Origin: Octopus sinensis
Lineage: Eukaryota
DNA length: 64,000 nucleotides
NCBI RefSeq assembly: GCF_006345805.1
Contig: NC_043013.1
Span: 3,472,001-3,536,000, forward strand
Reading direction: 5' to 3'
Position numbers and translations under genes: made by a program. Positions 1 to 13,628 of the stretch are shown here, one piece after another; positions within the stretch are counted from its first letter, which is position 1, and every line of letters starts with the position of its first letter. The notes below the pieces were generated by a model. That model saw only the letters and a list, made by a program, of their open reading frames with translations, made no database searches and was not told the DNA's origin.

Positions 1-41
<41 letters not shown>
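1..41 (+). repeat. (TTA)n microsatellite
   Basis: Direct reading of the sequence. Confidence 0.95.
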
Positions 42-43
<2 letters not shown>

Positions 44-173
44 ACATTTTATAGTTTGAGGCAGATTTCTACTTCATCACCTGCTACACCTCCGTGTTGC
101 TGGGGGAGCGTGCATTGTGTGTCCTTCCTTGTCGTTGGGGGGGGGTGCAAACTTTTCTCGGTATTGCATTGCG

Positions 174-275
174 TCGTGCCTTTCATCTTTTCGGGGATCA
201 ATAAAATACGTACCAGTCGAGCACTGAGATCGATGTAATCCCCCGAAATTTCAGGCCTTGTGCCTATATTAGAAA
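174..275 (+). mobile_element. 3' fragment of SINE family B
   Basis: CCTTTCATCTTTTCGGGGATCAATAAAATACGTACCAGT...GATCGATGTAATC matches the copies at 16.1, 40.3 and 52.8 kb. Confidence 0.7.
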
Positions 276-319
276 GTAGTGATGGTGTTGGTGGTGGTGG
301 TGGTGGTGGTGGTGGTAGC

Positions 320-400
<81 letters not shown>

Positions 401-411
401 AGCAGCAGCAA

Positions 412-457
<46 letters not shown>

Positions 458-600
458 GGTGGTGGTGGTGGTGGTGTGGTGGTGGTGGTGGTGGTGGTGG
501 TGGTGGTGGTGGTGGTTGTGGTGGTGGTGGTGGTAGCAGTAGTAGTAGTAGTACTAGTAGTAGTAGTGATGGTGGTGGTGGTGGTGGTGGTGGTAGTAGC

Positions 601-639
<39 letters not shown>

Positions 640-750
640 GGTAGTGGTGGTGGTGGTTGTAGCAGTAGTAGTAGTAGTAGTAGCAGCAACAGCAGCAACA
701 GCAGCAGCACCAGCAACAACAACAACAAAGATAACTGTAGCAGTAGTAGT
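276..750 (+). repeat. Compound trinucleotide microsatellite (GGT/AGT/AGC/AAC)
   Basis: Direct reading. The poly-S/V/W ORFs here are artefacts of the repeat. Confidence 0.95.
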
Positions 751-1382
751 ATGCGGTTCATGTGGCCTATAAAGAAAGAATTTTTTGTTACCATTATTAT
801 TAGTATAATTATTATTATTTTCATCATCACTGTTGTTATTTTGAATATTATTACAACCGCTCTATTGTTTCGTTACATTTAGCTTATCAAAACAAAATTT
901 TAACGGCAGGAAAGTGGTTGGTTACAGAGAAAGACAGGTAATAAACTTAAAAAAATAAAATGGCAGGAAGAAATGTCGAAAGTGACAGAACAAAATCCAA
1001 TCTGTTGACTTGATTTTTTTTGATTTTTTTTTATGTTAGTTGTAATGTGAATGCAAGGGGTAAGTTTTGAAAACTGTTGTGATTTAAATATAGGACAGAG
1101 TAAAGGTCGTTGCCCCTTTGTACTTTATTTAATGGAATTGTTTTAAGAGGATGACGAAAGAGGGAAGAGAGGGGAAAGGATAGAAAAGAGGGAAAAAGAA
1201 GAGGGAAGAGGAAGTAAAAACGAGAAGTGATAGGGAATGAGGTTAGCAGACTTACAACTATATGTCCAAATTAGTGTCAATGTGAAAATTAATTAATTCC
1301 TGAATAAATTATTGTGCTAAAGCTATGCAAGGACATTGTGAAACTGTGTTATTTCGTGTCGTCATGTTTAAATAATTAAGAA

Positions 1383-1720
1383 TGGTTTGGCTATGCAGTT
1401 AAGAATTTAGCTTCGCAATCTCTTAGTTTTGAGTTCAGTCCCACTGCATGACGCTTTTGGTAAGTATTGCCTACTGTAACATCAGACCAATCAAAACCTT
1501 GTGAAAAATATTGGTAAACGGAAACTATGCGGAAGCTTTTCGTGTGTGCACAGCTTGATCACCAGTGTTGGTTTGTTTGCGTCCCCATAACTTAGCAGTT
1601 CGGCAAAAAGAGGCTAGTAGAAGTACCGGACTTTAAAATTATTACTGGGATTGATTTAGTCGATTACATCATCAAGACTATGCCCCAGCATGGCCGCAGT
1701 CCTTTGACTGAAATAAGTAA
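1383..1720 (+). mobile_element. Diverged SINE family A (tRNA-derived, CORE-like)
   Basis: Box B-like GAGTTCAGTCCCACTGC, CGGAAACT, TAACTTAGCAGTTCGGCAAAA and CAGCATGGCCGCAGTC tail, all shared with the other family A copies. Confidence 0.75.
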
Positions 1721-1982
1721 AAAAATAAGAGCTCAGGAATAACAAGGTTAGGATACAAGAGACTATACAAACACACCTTTATGTACCCACATACATACAC
1801 ATCTCCATATGCATACACATGCATGTACATACACACATATACATAGACACATATACAGGTATGTATACATAACGTAACACACGCTCATATACACGTGAGT
1901 GAGTGTTTCTATAAATGAACGTGTAACAATGTTTAAAGAGTGTGTATTGATCAGAATTTTAACTCGTGGAATATGTATAGAC

Positions 1983-2160
1983 GCAGATGCAGCTGTGTGG
2001 TTAAGAAACCTGATTCCCAACCAAACCATGTGGTCTTAGGTTCAGTCCCACTGCACGGCACCTTGGGCAAGTGTCTTCTACTATAACTCTGGACCGACCG
2101 AATCTTTGTAAGTGGATTTGGTAGACGGAAACTGAAAGAAGCTTGTGTGTTTGAGTGTGC
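1983..2160 (+). mobile_element. 5' half of SINE family A
   Basis: GGTTCAGTCCCACTGCACGGCACCTTGGGCAAGTGTCTTC...GGATTTGGTAGACGGAAACTGAAAGAAG, running into (TA)n. Confidence 0.85.
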
Positions 2161-2166
2161 GTGTGT

Positions 2167-2415
<249 letters not shown>

Positions 2416-2575
2416 TACAGACCGAGATCAGTGAAGAGTTTATATTATGTATGAGGTATATATAGTCTTCATACATAATATATAAACACTGATCTCGGCT
2501 CTGTTTATGTCTTGGGCTATCAGCCGAGTGTATATAGCATTGATGTAGCGGATATTTTAAATTTTGTCTTAGGTG

Positions 2576-2651
2576 AACCTAGCTGACGAAGACAACCCAG
2601 ATTTGCGATAACAAACATATTCTGGCAAGTCCGAAACTCGAGTACTAGGTT
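2576..2651 (+). ncRNA. Type-I hammerhead ribozyme motif with long stem II and palindromic stem III (ACUCGAGU)
   Basis: Stem I AACCUAG/CUAGGUU (7 bp). Core CUGACGA at 2583-2589. Stem II GAC/GUC, CCAGA/UCUGG and UUUG/CAAA. GAAAC at 2633-2637, then UCGA, then GUA triplet at 2642-2644. Confidence 0.75.
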
Positions 2652-2780
2652 GTTCATTTCTCTGGTATTTCTCCTAGAGGTAACACGAAAATGTTTTTCG
2701 TTCGCCGCCCGCACACACCTTTGCTTCTATACATTCATACATTCAGTGATGCTTTACAAACATTGGTGCCTTGTTGCACC

Positions 2781-2783
<3 letters not shown>

Positions 2784-2820
<37 letters not shown>

Positions 2821-2923
2821 NNNNNNNNNNNNNNNNNNNNNNNNNNNNNNNNNNNNNNNNNNNNNNNNNNNNNNNNNNNNNNNNNNNNNNNNNNNNNNNN
2901 NNNNNNNNNNNNNNNNNNNNGTG

Positions 2924-2989
<66 letters not shown>

Positions 2990-2990
2990 T
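2784..2990. other. (GT)n microsatellite containing a 100-N assembly gap (2821-2920)
   Basis: Run of exactly 100 N flanked by (GT)n. Confidence 0.97.
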
Positions 2991-4027
2991 GCGTGTGTGT
3001 GTGTGGTTCATTACATTGGCTCCTTGATGAAAGGGAAGCAGCGAGAAGTGTGTGGTTAATACAGCAGAGTGAGTGTAATGAAGTCTAGAACTTTCGTATT
3101 TGCATTCACATTTGTAAATCCAGTTGATTATTGGTAGTTAACAGTTTCACGGCTTCTTATCATTGACAAATCACGTCTATGATTTGTCAATAAGAATGCT
3201 TCTTCTAATTAAAAAACCTAATAATTATTAAAAGTCTTATTAATCTTCTTCATATGTGTCTACAGAATTGAAGAATATTTTCAAACTAACGGATTTTTTT
3301 TTCAGCATCCACGGGTTGTAAGCTGCCGGTTAGTCATAGACTTCTACCAGATCTTAAAGTTTCTAACAGATATATCAATCATGAGGAAAAAAGTGACAAC
3401 CAAAATTTGCTCAAATATTCTCTTAAAATGAAAGAATGCATAAAAATAATACAGTCTTAGAATGTCATAAAATTTATCGTCTGGAATGGGGTTTTTTTGC
3501 TCTATTTTGATTAGAGTTGTTCTATAGTTAAACAACAACAATAAGAGCAGCGATATCAACAACAACAACAACATCAGCAACATCCTAATATCAGGTGTAT
3601 AGGAAGGAACATTAATTTAATCCAATGAAACATACATAAAGACTGTCTTCAATGTGGAAGACTGTTATTCTTTTATGACATTTAATCAATAAAGTAAACT
3701 TACTTTAGTGAATTAATTAGATGTGGAATGTATAAGCGCACACATATACATGCAGACAAACGTACACTCAAGCTTACACACACTACATATATACATTTAT
3801 ATACACACGCGCATACATATATATACATGTATGTGGATATATACCTACCGATATACACACACATATGCACACTCGTATATACATATATATATATACATAT
3901 ATACATACATACATACATACATACGAACATACATACATACATACAAACACTCAAACATACATATGAACAAACACACACACACACATACATATGAACAAAC
4001 ATACACACACACACACACGCACACACG

Positions 4028-4083
<56 letters not shown>

Positions 4084-4728
4084 TATATATATATATATAT
4101 ATATGAAAATAGTAATGCAATACGAGAGTATTGCTTTCCAGTAAAGGATAGCCCGTGAGGGTTAAATTATACATATAAAAGTAAATAAATGGCACAACGA
4201 ACCACCGATATTTACTGGAAAATAGCGAACGCAATAAATACGACGCTAATGTATAGCTTCACTGCGTATGTACTAGTAAAGATGCGTGTGTGTATGGTTA
4301 TTATATTGAAACGTATTTGTGTTCTGATTTAAGTTGTGTTATACTTGAAACAGATATTGTTTAATTAATGACGGACTGCCAAAAGCAGAAATATACGAAC
4401 TAGGCTATCGACCGTGGTGCCAGCCTAATTCATGACTCCAATATAATACAGATGAATGTTTTATACCAGTGAAGGACACATTTTCTCTGGAGTACTTTTT
4501 TTCCCTGGAGAGCGACCAACAAACCGGGAAACGATCCATCAAGTGATTCTCTCCCTTATTTTGCAACACATCAATATGTGTTCACCAACTTATTTAACCC
4601 ATAATGAGTCGGCATGTGTGTGTGTGTGTTTATATGTGTATATGTGTACGTGCGTAAAACAAAACTGGAGGTTCGTAAATTATTGAACTACATTATCTCA
4701 CACGAGTCAGAGATTCGTACTGAATATA

Positions 4729-5160
4729 ACAGGAGTGGCTGTTTGGTAAGTAACTTGCTAACCAACCACATGGTTCCGGTTTCAGTCGCACTGCGTGGCA
4801 TCTTGGGCACGTGTCTTCTGCTATAGCCCCGGGCCGACCAATGCCTTGTGAGTGGATTTGGTAGACGGAAACTGAAAGAAGCCTGTCGTATATATGTATA
4901 TATATATAAGTGTGTGTGTATATGTTTGTGTGTCTGTGTTTGTCCCCCTAGCATTGCTTGACAACCGATGCTGGTGTGTTTACGTCCCCGTAACTTAGCG
5001 GTTCGGCAAAAGAGACCGATAGAATAAGTACTGGGCTTACAAAGAATAAATCCCGGGGTCGATTTGCTCGACTAAAGGCGGTGCTCCAGCATGGCCGCAG
5101 TCAAATGACTGAAACAAGTAAAAAGAGTAAAAAAAAAAAGAGAAAAAGAGTAAAAAAGAG
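4729..5160 (+). mobile_element. Full-length SINE family A
   Basis: tRNA-like head (box A TGGCTGTTTGG, box B GGTTTCAGTCGC), CORE-like CTTGGGCACGTGTCTTC, internal TA/TG tract and GAAACAAGTAAAAAGAG tail. Confidence 0.92.
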
Positions 5161-5194
<34 letters not shown>

Positions 5195-5934
5195 AAAGAG
5201 AGAATATGGAGGAAGCGTTATTTTAAAGATTAGAAAAATCTGTTATATTTTACTATAACTTAAATAAAATTAAAAGGGGTATCTTCAAACAACGTTTGAT
5301 AACAATATAGGTGCTAGTGATTCATCGAATGACTATGAGGGTAGACCCAAGTAAAAGAGGAATCAAAGGAGTCCATATATAAAGCAAAAATGGTTGAGAA
5401 ACTCTTCTTTACTGGTTTGTATCAATTTTCGAGGTCAAAATTTCGTTCCCAAATATTGACGGTTGGTTGCTTCGAGACGATGATATTTTAGCATTCACTG
5501 GCTGCAGTTCAAAGACGACGGATAGGATAAGAAAGGAACTGATATTTGTACTAATCAGCAAGCTGTTAAATCCTTGGCTGTCAACCTTAATCTTTCGATA
5601 AGGTTATATTTTGCAAATCAGTTCATTTCGACTTAAATTTATATAAAAGTGTGAAATCATTTTTCAACTTAATTCACGCATTTTCAGTTTCATATAAAAG
5701 AAACTACTTTTTTTTTTTTTTGATAATCAGCTTCAATGAGCGAAACAGATTTATATCTCAAAGGATTCTAGAATTATTCTATACATTTTGTAATTTATAT
5801 ATTAAAGAATACCAGTAGAAATTTCGTGGTTATTTTGAAAACTGTAAGATGGTTGGAAGATTATAGAAAACCATGAAATATATATTTACACACACGCAAA
5901 CACACACACATGCACACATACACGCGCGCGCACA

Positions 5935-6250
5935 TGTATACATACATGCATACATACATACATACATACATGCATACATACATGCATACATACATACATA
6001 CATTCATACATACATACATACATTCATACATACATACATACATGCATACATGCATACATACATTCATACATACATACATTCATACATACATACATGCATA
6101 CATACATACATACATGCGTACATACATACATGCGTACATACATACATACATACATGCGTACATACATACATACATTCATACATACATACATTCATACATA
6201 CATACATGCATACATACATACATACATGCGTACATACATACATACATACA

Positions 6251-6282
<32 letters not shown>

Positions 6283-7135
6283 CATTCATACATACATACA
6301 TTCATACATACATACATACATGCGTACATACATACATACATACATACATACATACATACATACATACATACATACATGCATACATACATACATACATACA
6401 TACATACATTCATACATACATTCATACATACATACATACATGCATACATACATACATACATACATACATACATACATACATACATACATGCATACATACA
6501 TACATACATACATACATACATTCATACATACATTCATACATACATACATTCATACATACATACATGCATACATACATACATACATTCATACATACATACA
6601 TTCATACATACATACATGCATACATACATACATACATACGTACATACATACATGCATACATACATACATGCATACATACATACATGCATACATACATACA
6701 TATATACATACATACATGCGTACATGCATACATACATACATACATACATGCATGCATACATACATACATACATACATACATACATGCATGCATGCATACA
6801 TACATATATACATACATACATACATGCATACATGCATACATACATACAAACATACATACATACATACATACATACATACATGCATACATACATACATGCA
6901 TACATACATACATACATACATACATACATACATACATGCATACATACATACATACATGCATACATACATATATACATACATACATACATATATACATACA
7001 TACATATATACATACATACATGCATATATACATACATACATACAAACATACATACATACATATATACATACATACATACATACATACATACATACATACA
7101 TACATACATACATACATACATACATACATACAAGC
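5935..7135. repeat. Long (CATA)n tetranucleotide array, about 1.2 kb, with CATG/CATT variants
   Basis: Direct reading. The HTYI/MYVC ORFs are artefacts. Confidence 0.97.
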
Positions 7136-7884
7136 ATATATCTAAAGAAGACCTAAGCATTCATCCAGCGAACTTTCATCTACTTCAATAAGATCTTAAA
7201 CGAACACGGGGAGACCGAATGACAGAATAAGGTAACTAAAGACCTGGTGACGTCACAAACTTTACGACATTTCGTAGTTCTTTTTCTTCCTTTCCGCATC
7301 AGTTTAACCTCCTCAACTTTCTAATTTCTACTCTCTTTCATTTTTGCGATTCCTTTAACTTCCACTCTCACTCAGTCTCTCATTCTCCCTTTCTTTTTCT
7401 AACTCTTTCTCTCTCTCTCCCTCCCAATCTCTCTCTCTCACCCTATCTATCTATATATCTATCAATAAATCTATGTTTCACTTCCTCTCCAATAACGACT
7501 TCCAGTCAGCTTCACCTCTCCTTATTCTTACTCTTCCTCTCTGCTGTTTCAGTATAAACATCATCACCATTCCATTCACCATCATGAACTCCAACGTCAA
7601 CGTCACCGCCGCCAGCGCCACCTGTACTGTAACTACTAATTGTTTCTCTTTTTTTTTTTTGGTATTTAAGTTGGTTCCCTTATCGTGACGCACAAGTCGG
7701 GAAGGAATGTAGTGTCGTACAGGTGTGTGCATGCGCGTGCTTGGGTGTGAATACTATACTTTCTGGAATCTGAAAACTTGCCAAATCGCAATCCGAGTTT
7801 CTTTTTCGGATCTTTGGACAATTGTGATCAACAAAACAAAGGATACCAATGTATAAAAGAACATGTTGAAAATATATGAACATA

Positions 7885-8310
7885 GGCGCAGGAGTGGTTG
7901 TGTGGTAAGTAGCTTGCTTACCAACCACATGGTTCCGGGTTCGATCCCACTATGTGGCACCTTGAGTGAGTGTCTTCTACTATAGCCTCGGGCCGCCGAC
8001 CAAAGCCTTGTGAGTGGATTTGGTAGACGGAAACTGAAAGAAGCTCGTCGTATATATGTGTATATATACATATATTTGTGTGTATATGTTTGTGTGTCCG
8101 TATTTGTCCCCCTAGCATTGCTTGACAACCGATGCTGGTGTGTTTATGTCCCCGTCACTTAGCGGTTCGGCAAAAGAGGCCGATAGAATAAGTACTAGGC
8201 TTACAAAGAATAAGTCCCGGGGTCGATTTGCTCGACTAAAGGCGGTGCTCCAGCATGGCCGCAGTCAAATGACTGAAACAGGTAAAAGAGAAAAAATAAA
8301 AGAGAATAGG
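7885..8310 (+). mobile_element. Full-length SINE family A
   Basis: Starts GGCGCAGGAGTGGTTGTGTGGTAAG and closely matches the 4.7 kb copy. Confidence 0.93.
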
Positions 8311-8699
8311 TTTTAACTCGGTTGAAAAATATCCTCGAGTTTTAATCATTAATATAAAGCAATTAAACACTTGTGTAATTAGGAAAGACATAGAAGTATA
8401 CTATAAATATAAATATAAACATGTCCAGCTATATTTTAGCACCATACGCTAATTAATTCCCCAGACAATCAACATCAACCGATTAATATTAAATTATTGC
8501 GATTGGCATAGTTGCAGATTTGGAATTAATTTTATGAGAAATTCTTTCAGTTTTGTAATTTTTAATGAAACTTACAAGCTTTTCACGTAGCGTTGCTAAG
8601 CTTATTTAAATTTTTCATTAAGATCAATCCACTCCAATTATAAATAATTGTTTCCAGCAACTTCTGTTGTGGCTACAATGGAATTGATTGTGTAGTCCC

Positions 8700-9590
8700 T
8701 TCTCGCAAAATTCTTCTTCATACCCTTTTTGTACTTCTTCCTTTGTTTTCCTTTTTTTTTTTCTCTGCCCCCAATACTCCATCGTTCCTAACTGCCACAA
8801 GCAAGGTTTCCTTACTTTGGGCTAGGTATCTCATTAAGCTCTCGAGTTCGATACTCACGCAGTCTTCCACACTTATCAGTCCCCTTCCTCCATTTGCTCT
8901 CTTCATGTATAGACGATCAGTGTCCGCACGTGGATGATGGGCTCTATGCATCGTTAGGAGATCTCTAGATTTCCTGTCCATCTCCTTTAGCTCATTCTCT
9001 ATCCTCTTCAGGATCCCAGCACCAGACCGAACTACTGCAACTGCGCGCGAGTTTGTTTCTGGCATTCAGCTTTGAAGCCAATATTTTTTTCTCACTCACC
9101 GCAGGGACTCTCTTTACCTTTTCCTTCATGTTTTGGCGTTTGATTCCATCTGCCTCAAGTATCCCCAGGTATTTATAGCCGGAGTGAGGTTGAATTGTCT
9201 TCATCATTTCACCACATGGCAAACCTTATGTCCTGGCAAGCATTGCTCTTCTCATCACCATTGTAGCACATTTTGAGAGTCCAAACTCCATCTTAATATC
9301 ATTGGAGAAAATCCACACAGACTCGACTAGGCTGTCCAGTTCTACCTCAGTTTATGTGAACAGCTTCAGGTCGTCCATGAATAGCAAGTGGTTCAGTTTT
9401 CCCTTACCCCTTCCTAGATCATACTCCAACTTTGTTTTCTGTAGTATTTCAATCAAAGGGATCATTCCCAGCACGAATATCAGTGGGGACACACTGTTCC
9501 CCTGGAAGATTCCTCTCTTGATTTTCACATCTAATACTTGCCTCCTTGCTATCAATTCTGTTCTCCAGCATTTCATGCAATTCTACATCA
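8700..9590 (-). mobile_element. R4/Dong-type non-LTR retrotransposon RT fragment (frameshifted)
   Basis: Peptides KIKRGIFQGNSVSP, NHLLFMDDLKLF, YKYLGILE and HHPRADTDRLYMKRANGGRGLISVEDCV. Adjacent to (ATT)n/(AGT)n at 9594-9678. Confidence 0.85.
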
Positions 9591-9615
9591 GAATTATTAT
9601 TATTATTATTATTAT

Positions 9616-9679
<64 letters not shown>

Positions 9680-9809
9680 CCTCTTAGATATAGCGATAGT
9701 AATAACCTGGTGTTAAAACTCAGTATATATATATATATGCTTAATAAGAGCAGTAATAAGAAATTAAATAAATGACGAGGGAAGACGAAGTTATGTCATC
9801 AACTTCATT

Positions 9810-9881
9810 AGCCTACAGCTGTTTCTGCTACAAGATGCAATGCATTCATAGTTCAGTGCTTGTGTATCACTCATCGGGGCT
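9810..9881 (-). ncRNA. Type-I hammerhead-like motif, ACAGCUGU family (variant core CCGAUGA)
   Basis: Minus strand reads AGCC-CCGAUGA-stem II-GAAAC-AGCU-GUA-GGCU. Homologous to 13016-13083. Confidence 0.6.
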
Positions 9882-9934
9882 TCATCGGGGCTTCAAAATT
9901 GAAGTGCAACTTTATCTGGAAGATCATTCACATT

Positions 9935-10015
<81 letters not shown>

Positions 10016-10435
10016 GGTTAAGTATAATAGTCATCTCAATATGGCTAACCACTAAGGGTGGGTGTTACTGTAGCTTTTAGCCCCAGGAATCATCGTCTCC
10101 AGCTAGCTTTAGGCACACTATCTGTGCCCTTATGGTATTTGCAAAGGGAGGTCATCCCTCTCTCGTAAGCCTAAGTGATACGCACGGACTGCAGTTTCGA
10201 GGTATTTGCCTCTTGTCAACGCACGGTAATCACCGGTTTACGATGAAAAGGAAGACCTGTTTGCAAATGCTTATGGGTTTTTCTAGTAACTTCCGTCATA
10301 TATACATGCATATACAGAAAGTATCATTATCGAATAACGCATAAACATATGTAGGAAATGAAGGAATTTGAAGGGGGAGAAGCCCCTCCCAGAAAGAGTA
10401 GACTTAGATAAAATCGCATGTGTGTGTGTGTGTGT

Positions 10436-10597
10436 ATGTGACCGCGCGTGTGTATCGTAGGCAATTTTTCCCTCCATCCTCCCTTCCTTGGATCTTTCCT
10501 TTTCCTATGTTCCTTTCCTGAGCGTCCAATAACACTATACTTGTTCCGCGTCCTCGCGTTGTTGTTTTCTCTTTGTGTTTTCATGTTTGGATTAACT
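10436..10597 (+). mobile_element. Pyrimidine-rich short repeat (50-kb family), copy lacking the hammerhead segment
   Basis: Aligns with 49948-50153 on both sides of a deletion that removes the ribozyme. Confidence 0.75.
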
Positions 10598-10615
10598 ATA
10601 TATATATATGCGTGT

Positions 10616-10666
<51 letters not shown>

Positions 10667-11194
10667 CGAGGGAACCACATGAGTACTCGCATAACTAAAA
10701 ATAGAAGTCAAAATACTTCTGTGCTAAGGAATATTCACAAATCTAATATAGGCCTGGTAGGAAAACATTCTAGTGAACATTGAAATCGCCTTACTTCTGT
10801 AGGTCAGTACAATTAATGCTGGTCAACCTGATACCAAGGTTGTGGTCGTATTATAATAGCACCATCGCTCTTATATTTACTTATAAATAATTTCACGCAT
10901 TCCGTTTGTTTAAATAATGTTTTGTTACTTCAAACGAATTTTGCAGGCATCGTGGAGCTGGCAGACTCTGGCTGAGGAGAAACAGGTAGCTATTTGACAC
11001 TCATTTCGAAATCATCAGCTTGACCAGCATTACTTTTGTTGACCTACAGAGGTAAGACGATTTTAATGTTCACTAGAATGTTTTCCTACCAGGCCTGTAT
11101 TAGATTTGTGATTATTCCGTGGCACAGAAGTATTTTTGACTTCTATTTTTAGCTATGCAAGTACTCGTGTAGTACCCTCGGGCATATATATATA

Positions 11195-11283
<89 letters not shown>

Positions 11284-11285
11284 GT

Positions 11286-11468
11286 GTGATAGATCGCTAG
11301 CCACTACACATTCTTTATTTTCTCTCCTGTTTCTTTCTGTGTTCCTTTCTGCGGAAGAGCGTAGGCTCGAAACGTTAAGGACTTTTCCCCGAACGTAATA
11401 CTAATACATCTGTTTGTTGTCTACACCACCTGTCTTCGTCTTTTGTTTTTTTTTGTGAATTCTCCCTC
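11286..11468 (+). mobile_element. Hammerhead-carrying short repeat (Penelope-derived/retrozyme-like), copy 1; motif at 11344-11380
   Basis: CCUUU-CUGCGGA-A-GAGC(GUAG)GCUC-GAAAC-GUU-AAGG. Flanked by (TA)n. Confidence 0.65.
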
Positions 11469-11518
<50 letters not shown>

Positions 11519-11544
11519 GTCTCTATTGTATGTATATATTTTTA

Positions 11545-11750
11545 TAATAGATCGTTGGCTCCTACACGCCATTTTTTTTCTCTCCTTGTTTCTCTCCTTG
11601 TTTTTTCTGTGTATCTTTCTGTAGAAGAGCGTAGGCTCGAAACGTAAAAGACTTTTTCTATTTCTATTCCTGAGCGCTATACTAATACAATTGTTTGTTT
11701 GTACTCCACCTGCCTTTGTCTTTTGTTTATTTTCGTAAACTTTCCCTTTA
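11545..11750 (+). mobile_element. Hammerhead-carrying short repeat, copy 2; motif at 11614-11651
   Basis: UCUUU-CUGUAGA-A-GAGC(GUAG)GCUC-GAAAC-GUA-AAAGA. Confidence 0.7.
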
Positions 11751-12119
11751 TTTTATTAATATGCCTGTACGTCAAATTCGCTTGCCTCTAGTGGTGGTAT
11801 TTTAATAGTACCAAAGCTCTTATATGTGTGTATGTATGTATGTATGTATGTATGTATGTATGTATGTATGTATGTATGTATGTATGTATATGTGCATGTA
11901 TGTATAAATATAGGTATATGAATAACTCATATGTAAAGAAGTAAAGATACGTATGGAAACGGAGATATGTAGAAAGTGTCAGAATCCAAAACAATGAAAG
12001 AAAAAGAATGCGGTTATGAGGCTCATAAAGTTATTCTTCTTAAGGATCCTGATTGACAATTAACAGGACGAAAAAACAATGGACCGGGCAGACACGGTAC
12101 AGATAGCAGCGTATGTGTG

Positions 12120-12950
<831 letters not shown>

Positions 12951-13015
12951 TTACATATAAATGTAAATGCTCTACCAAATAAAACTGCACTTCATTTCTT
13001 TAATCTCAGTCGAAA

Positions 13016-13083
13016 CTGATGGGTGATACACAAGCACTGAACTATGAGTGCATTACATTTTGTAGCCGAAACAGCTGTAAGCT
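13016..13083 (+). ncRNA. Decayed hammerhead motif, ACAGCUGU family
   Basis: CUGAUGG...GCAC/GUGC...C-GAAAC-AGCU-GUA. Stem I and A9 are mutated. Homologous to 9810-9881 on the minus strand. Confidence 0.5.
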
Positions 13084-13180
13084 AATGAAGTTCATGGCAT
13101 AATGTCTTATTCCCTTGCGGGTGTACGTGAAGCTTTACCAATCTAGAATATAATAGTGTCACTCGAAGTAGAGTTACTCC

Positions 13181-13401
13181 CTTTTACTCTCTTTTACGTT
13201 TTTCAGTCATTTGACTGTGGCAATGCTGGAGCACCGCCTTTAGTCGAGCAAATCGACCCAACGACTTATTCTTTGTAAGCTTAGTACTTATTCTATCGGC
13301 CCCTTTTGCCGAACCGCTAAGTTACGGGGATGTAAACACACCACCATCGGTTGTCAAGCGAAGTTGGGGGTACAAACATAGACACACAAACATATACATA
13401 C

Positions 13402-13439
<38 letters not shown>

Positions 13440-13628
13440 GACATATATATATACGACATATATACGACAGGCTTCTTTCAGTTTTTATCTACCAAATCTA
13501 CTCACAAAGCTTTGGTCGAACCGAAGCTATAGTAGAAGACATTTGCCCAATGCACCACGCAGTGGGAATGAACCAGTAACCATGTGGTTGGTAAGCAAGC
13601 TACTTACCACACAGCCACTCCTGCGCCT
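13181..13628 (-). mobile_element. Full-length SINE family A
   Basis: Reverse complement of the 4.7 and 7.9 kb copies, ending CCACACAGCCACTCCTGCGCC. Confidence 0.92.

Noticed and set aside
49-830. Poly-L/P/S/V ORFs
   Set aside because: Trinucleotide microsatellite artefacts.
5873-7191. Long ORFs of 180-427 aa (HTYI/MYVC repeats); similar ones at 45.3-46.9 kb and elsewhere
   Set aside because: They are translations of (CATA)n/(TATG)n, which has no stop codon in any frame.
7553-7640. His-rich mini-frame after a pyrimidine tract and TTTCAG (YKHHHHSIHHHELQRQRHRR...)
   Set aside because: Low-complexity CAT/CAC sequence that hits a stop quickly, with no convincing donor site or homology.
10970-10992. 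CTGAGGAGAAACAGGTA
   Set aside because: No stem II between the two core halves; it looks like a SINE-tail fragment.
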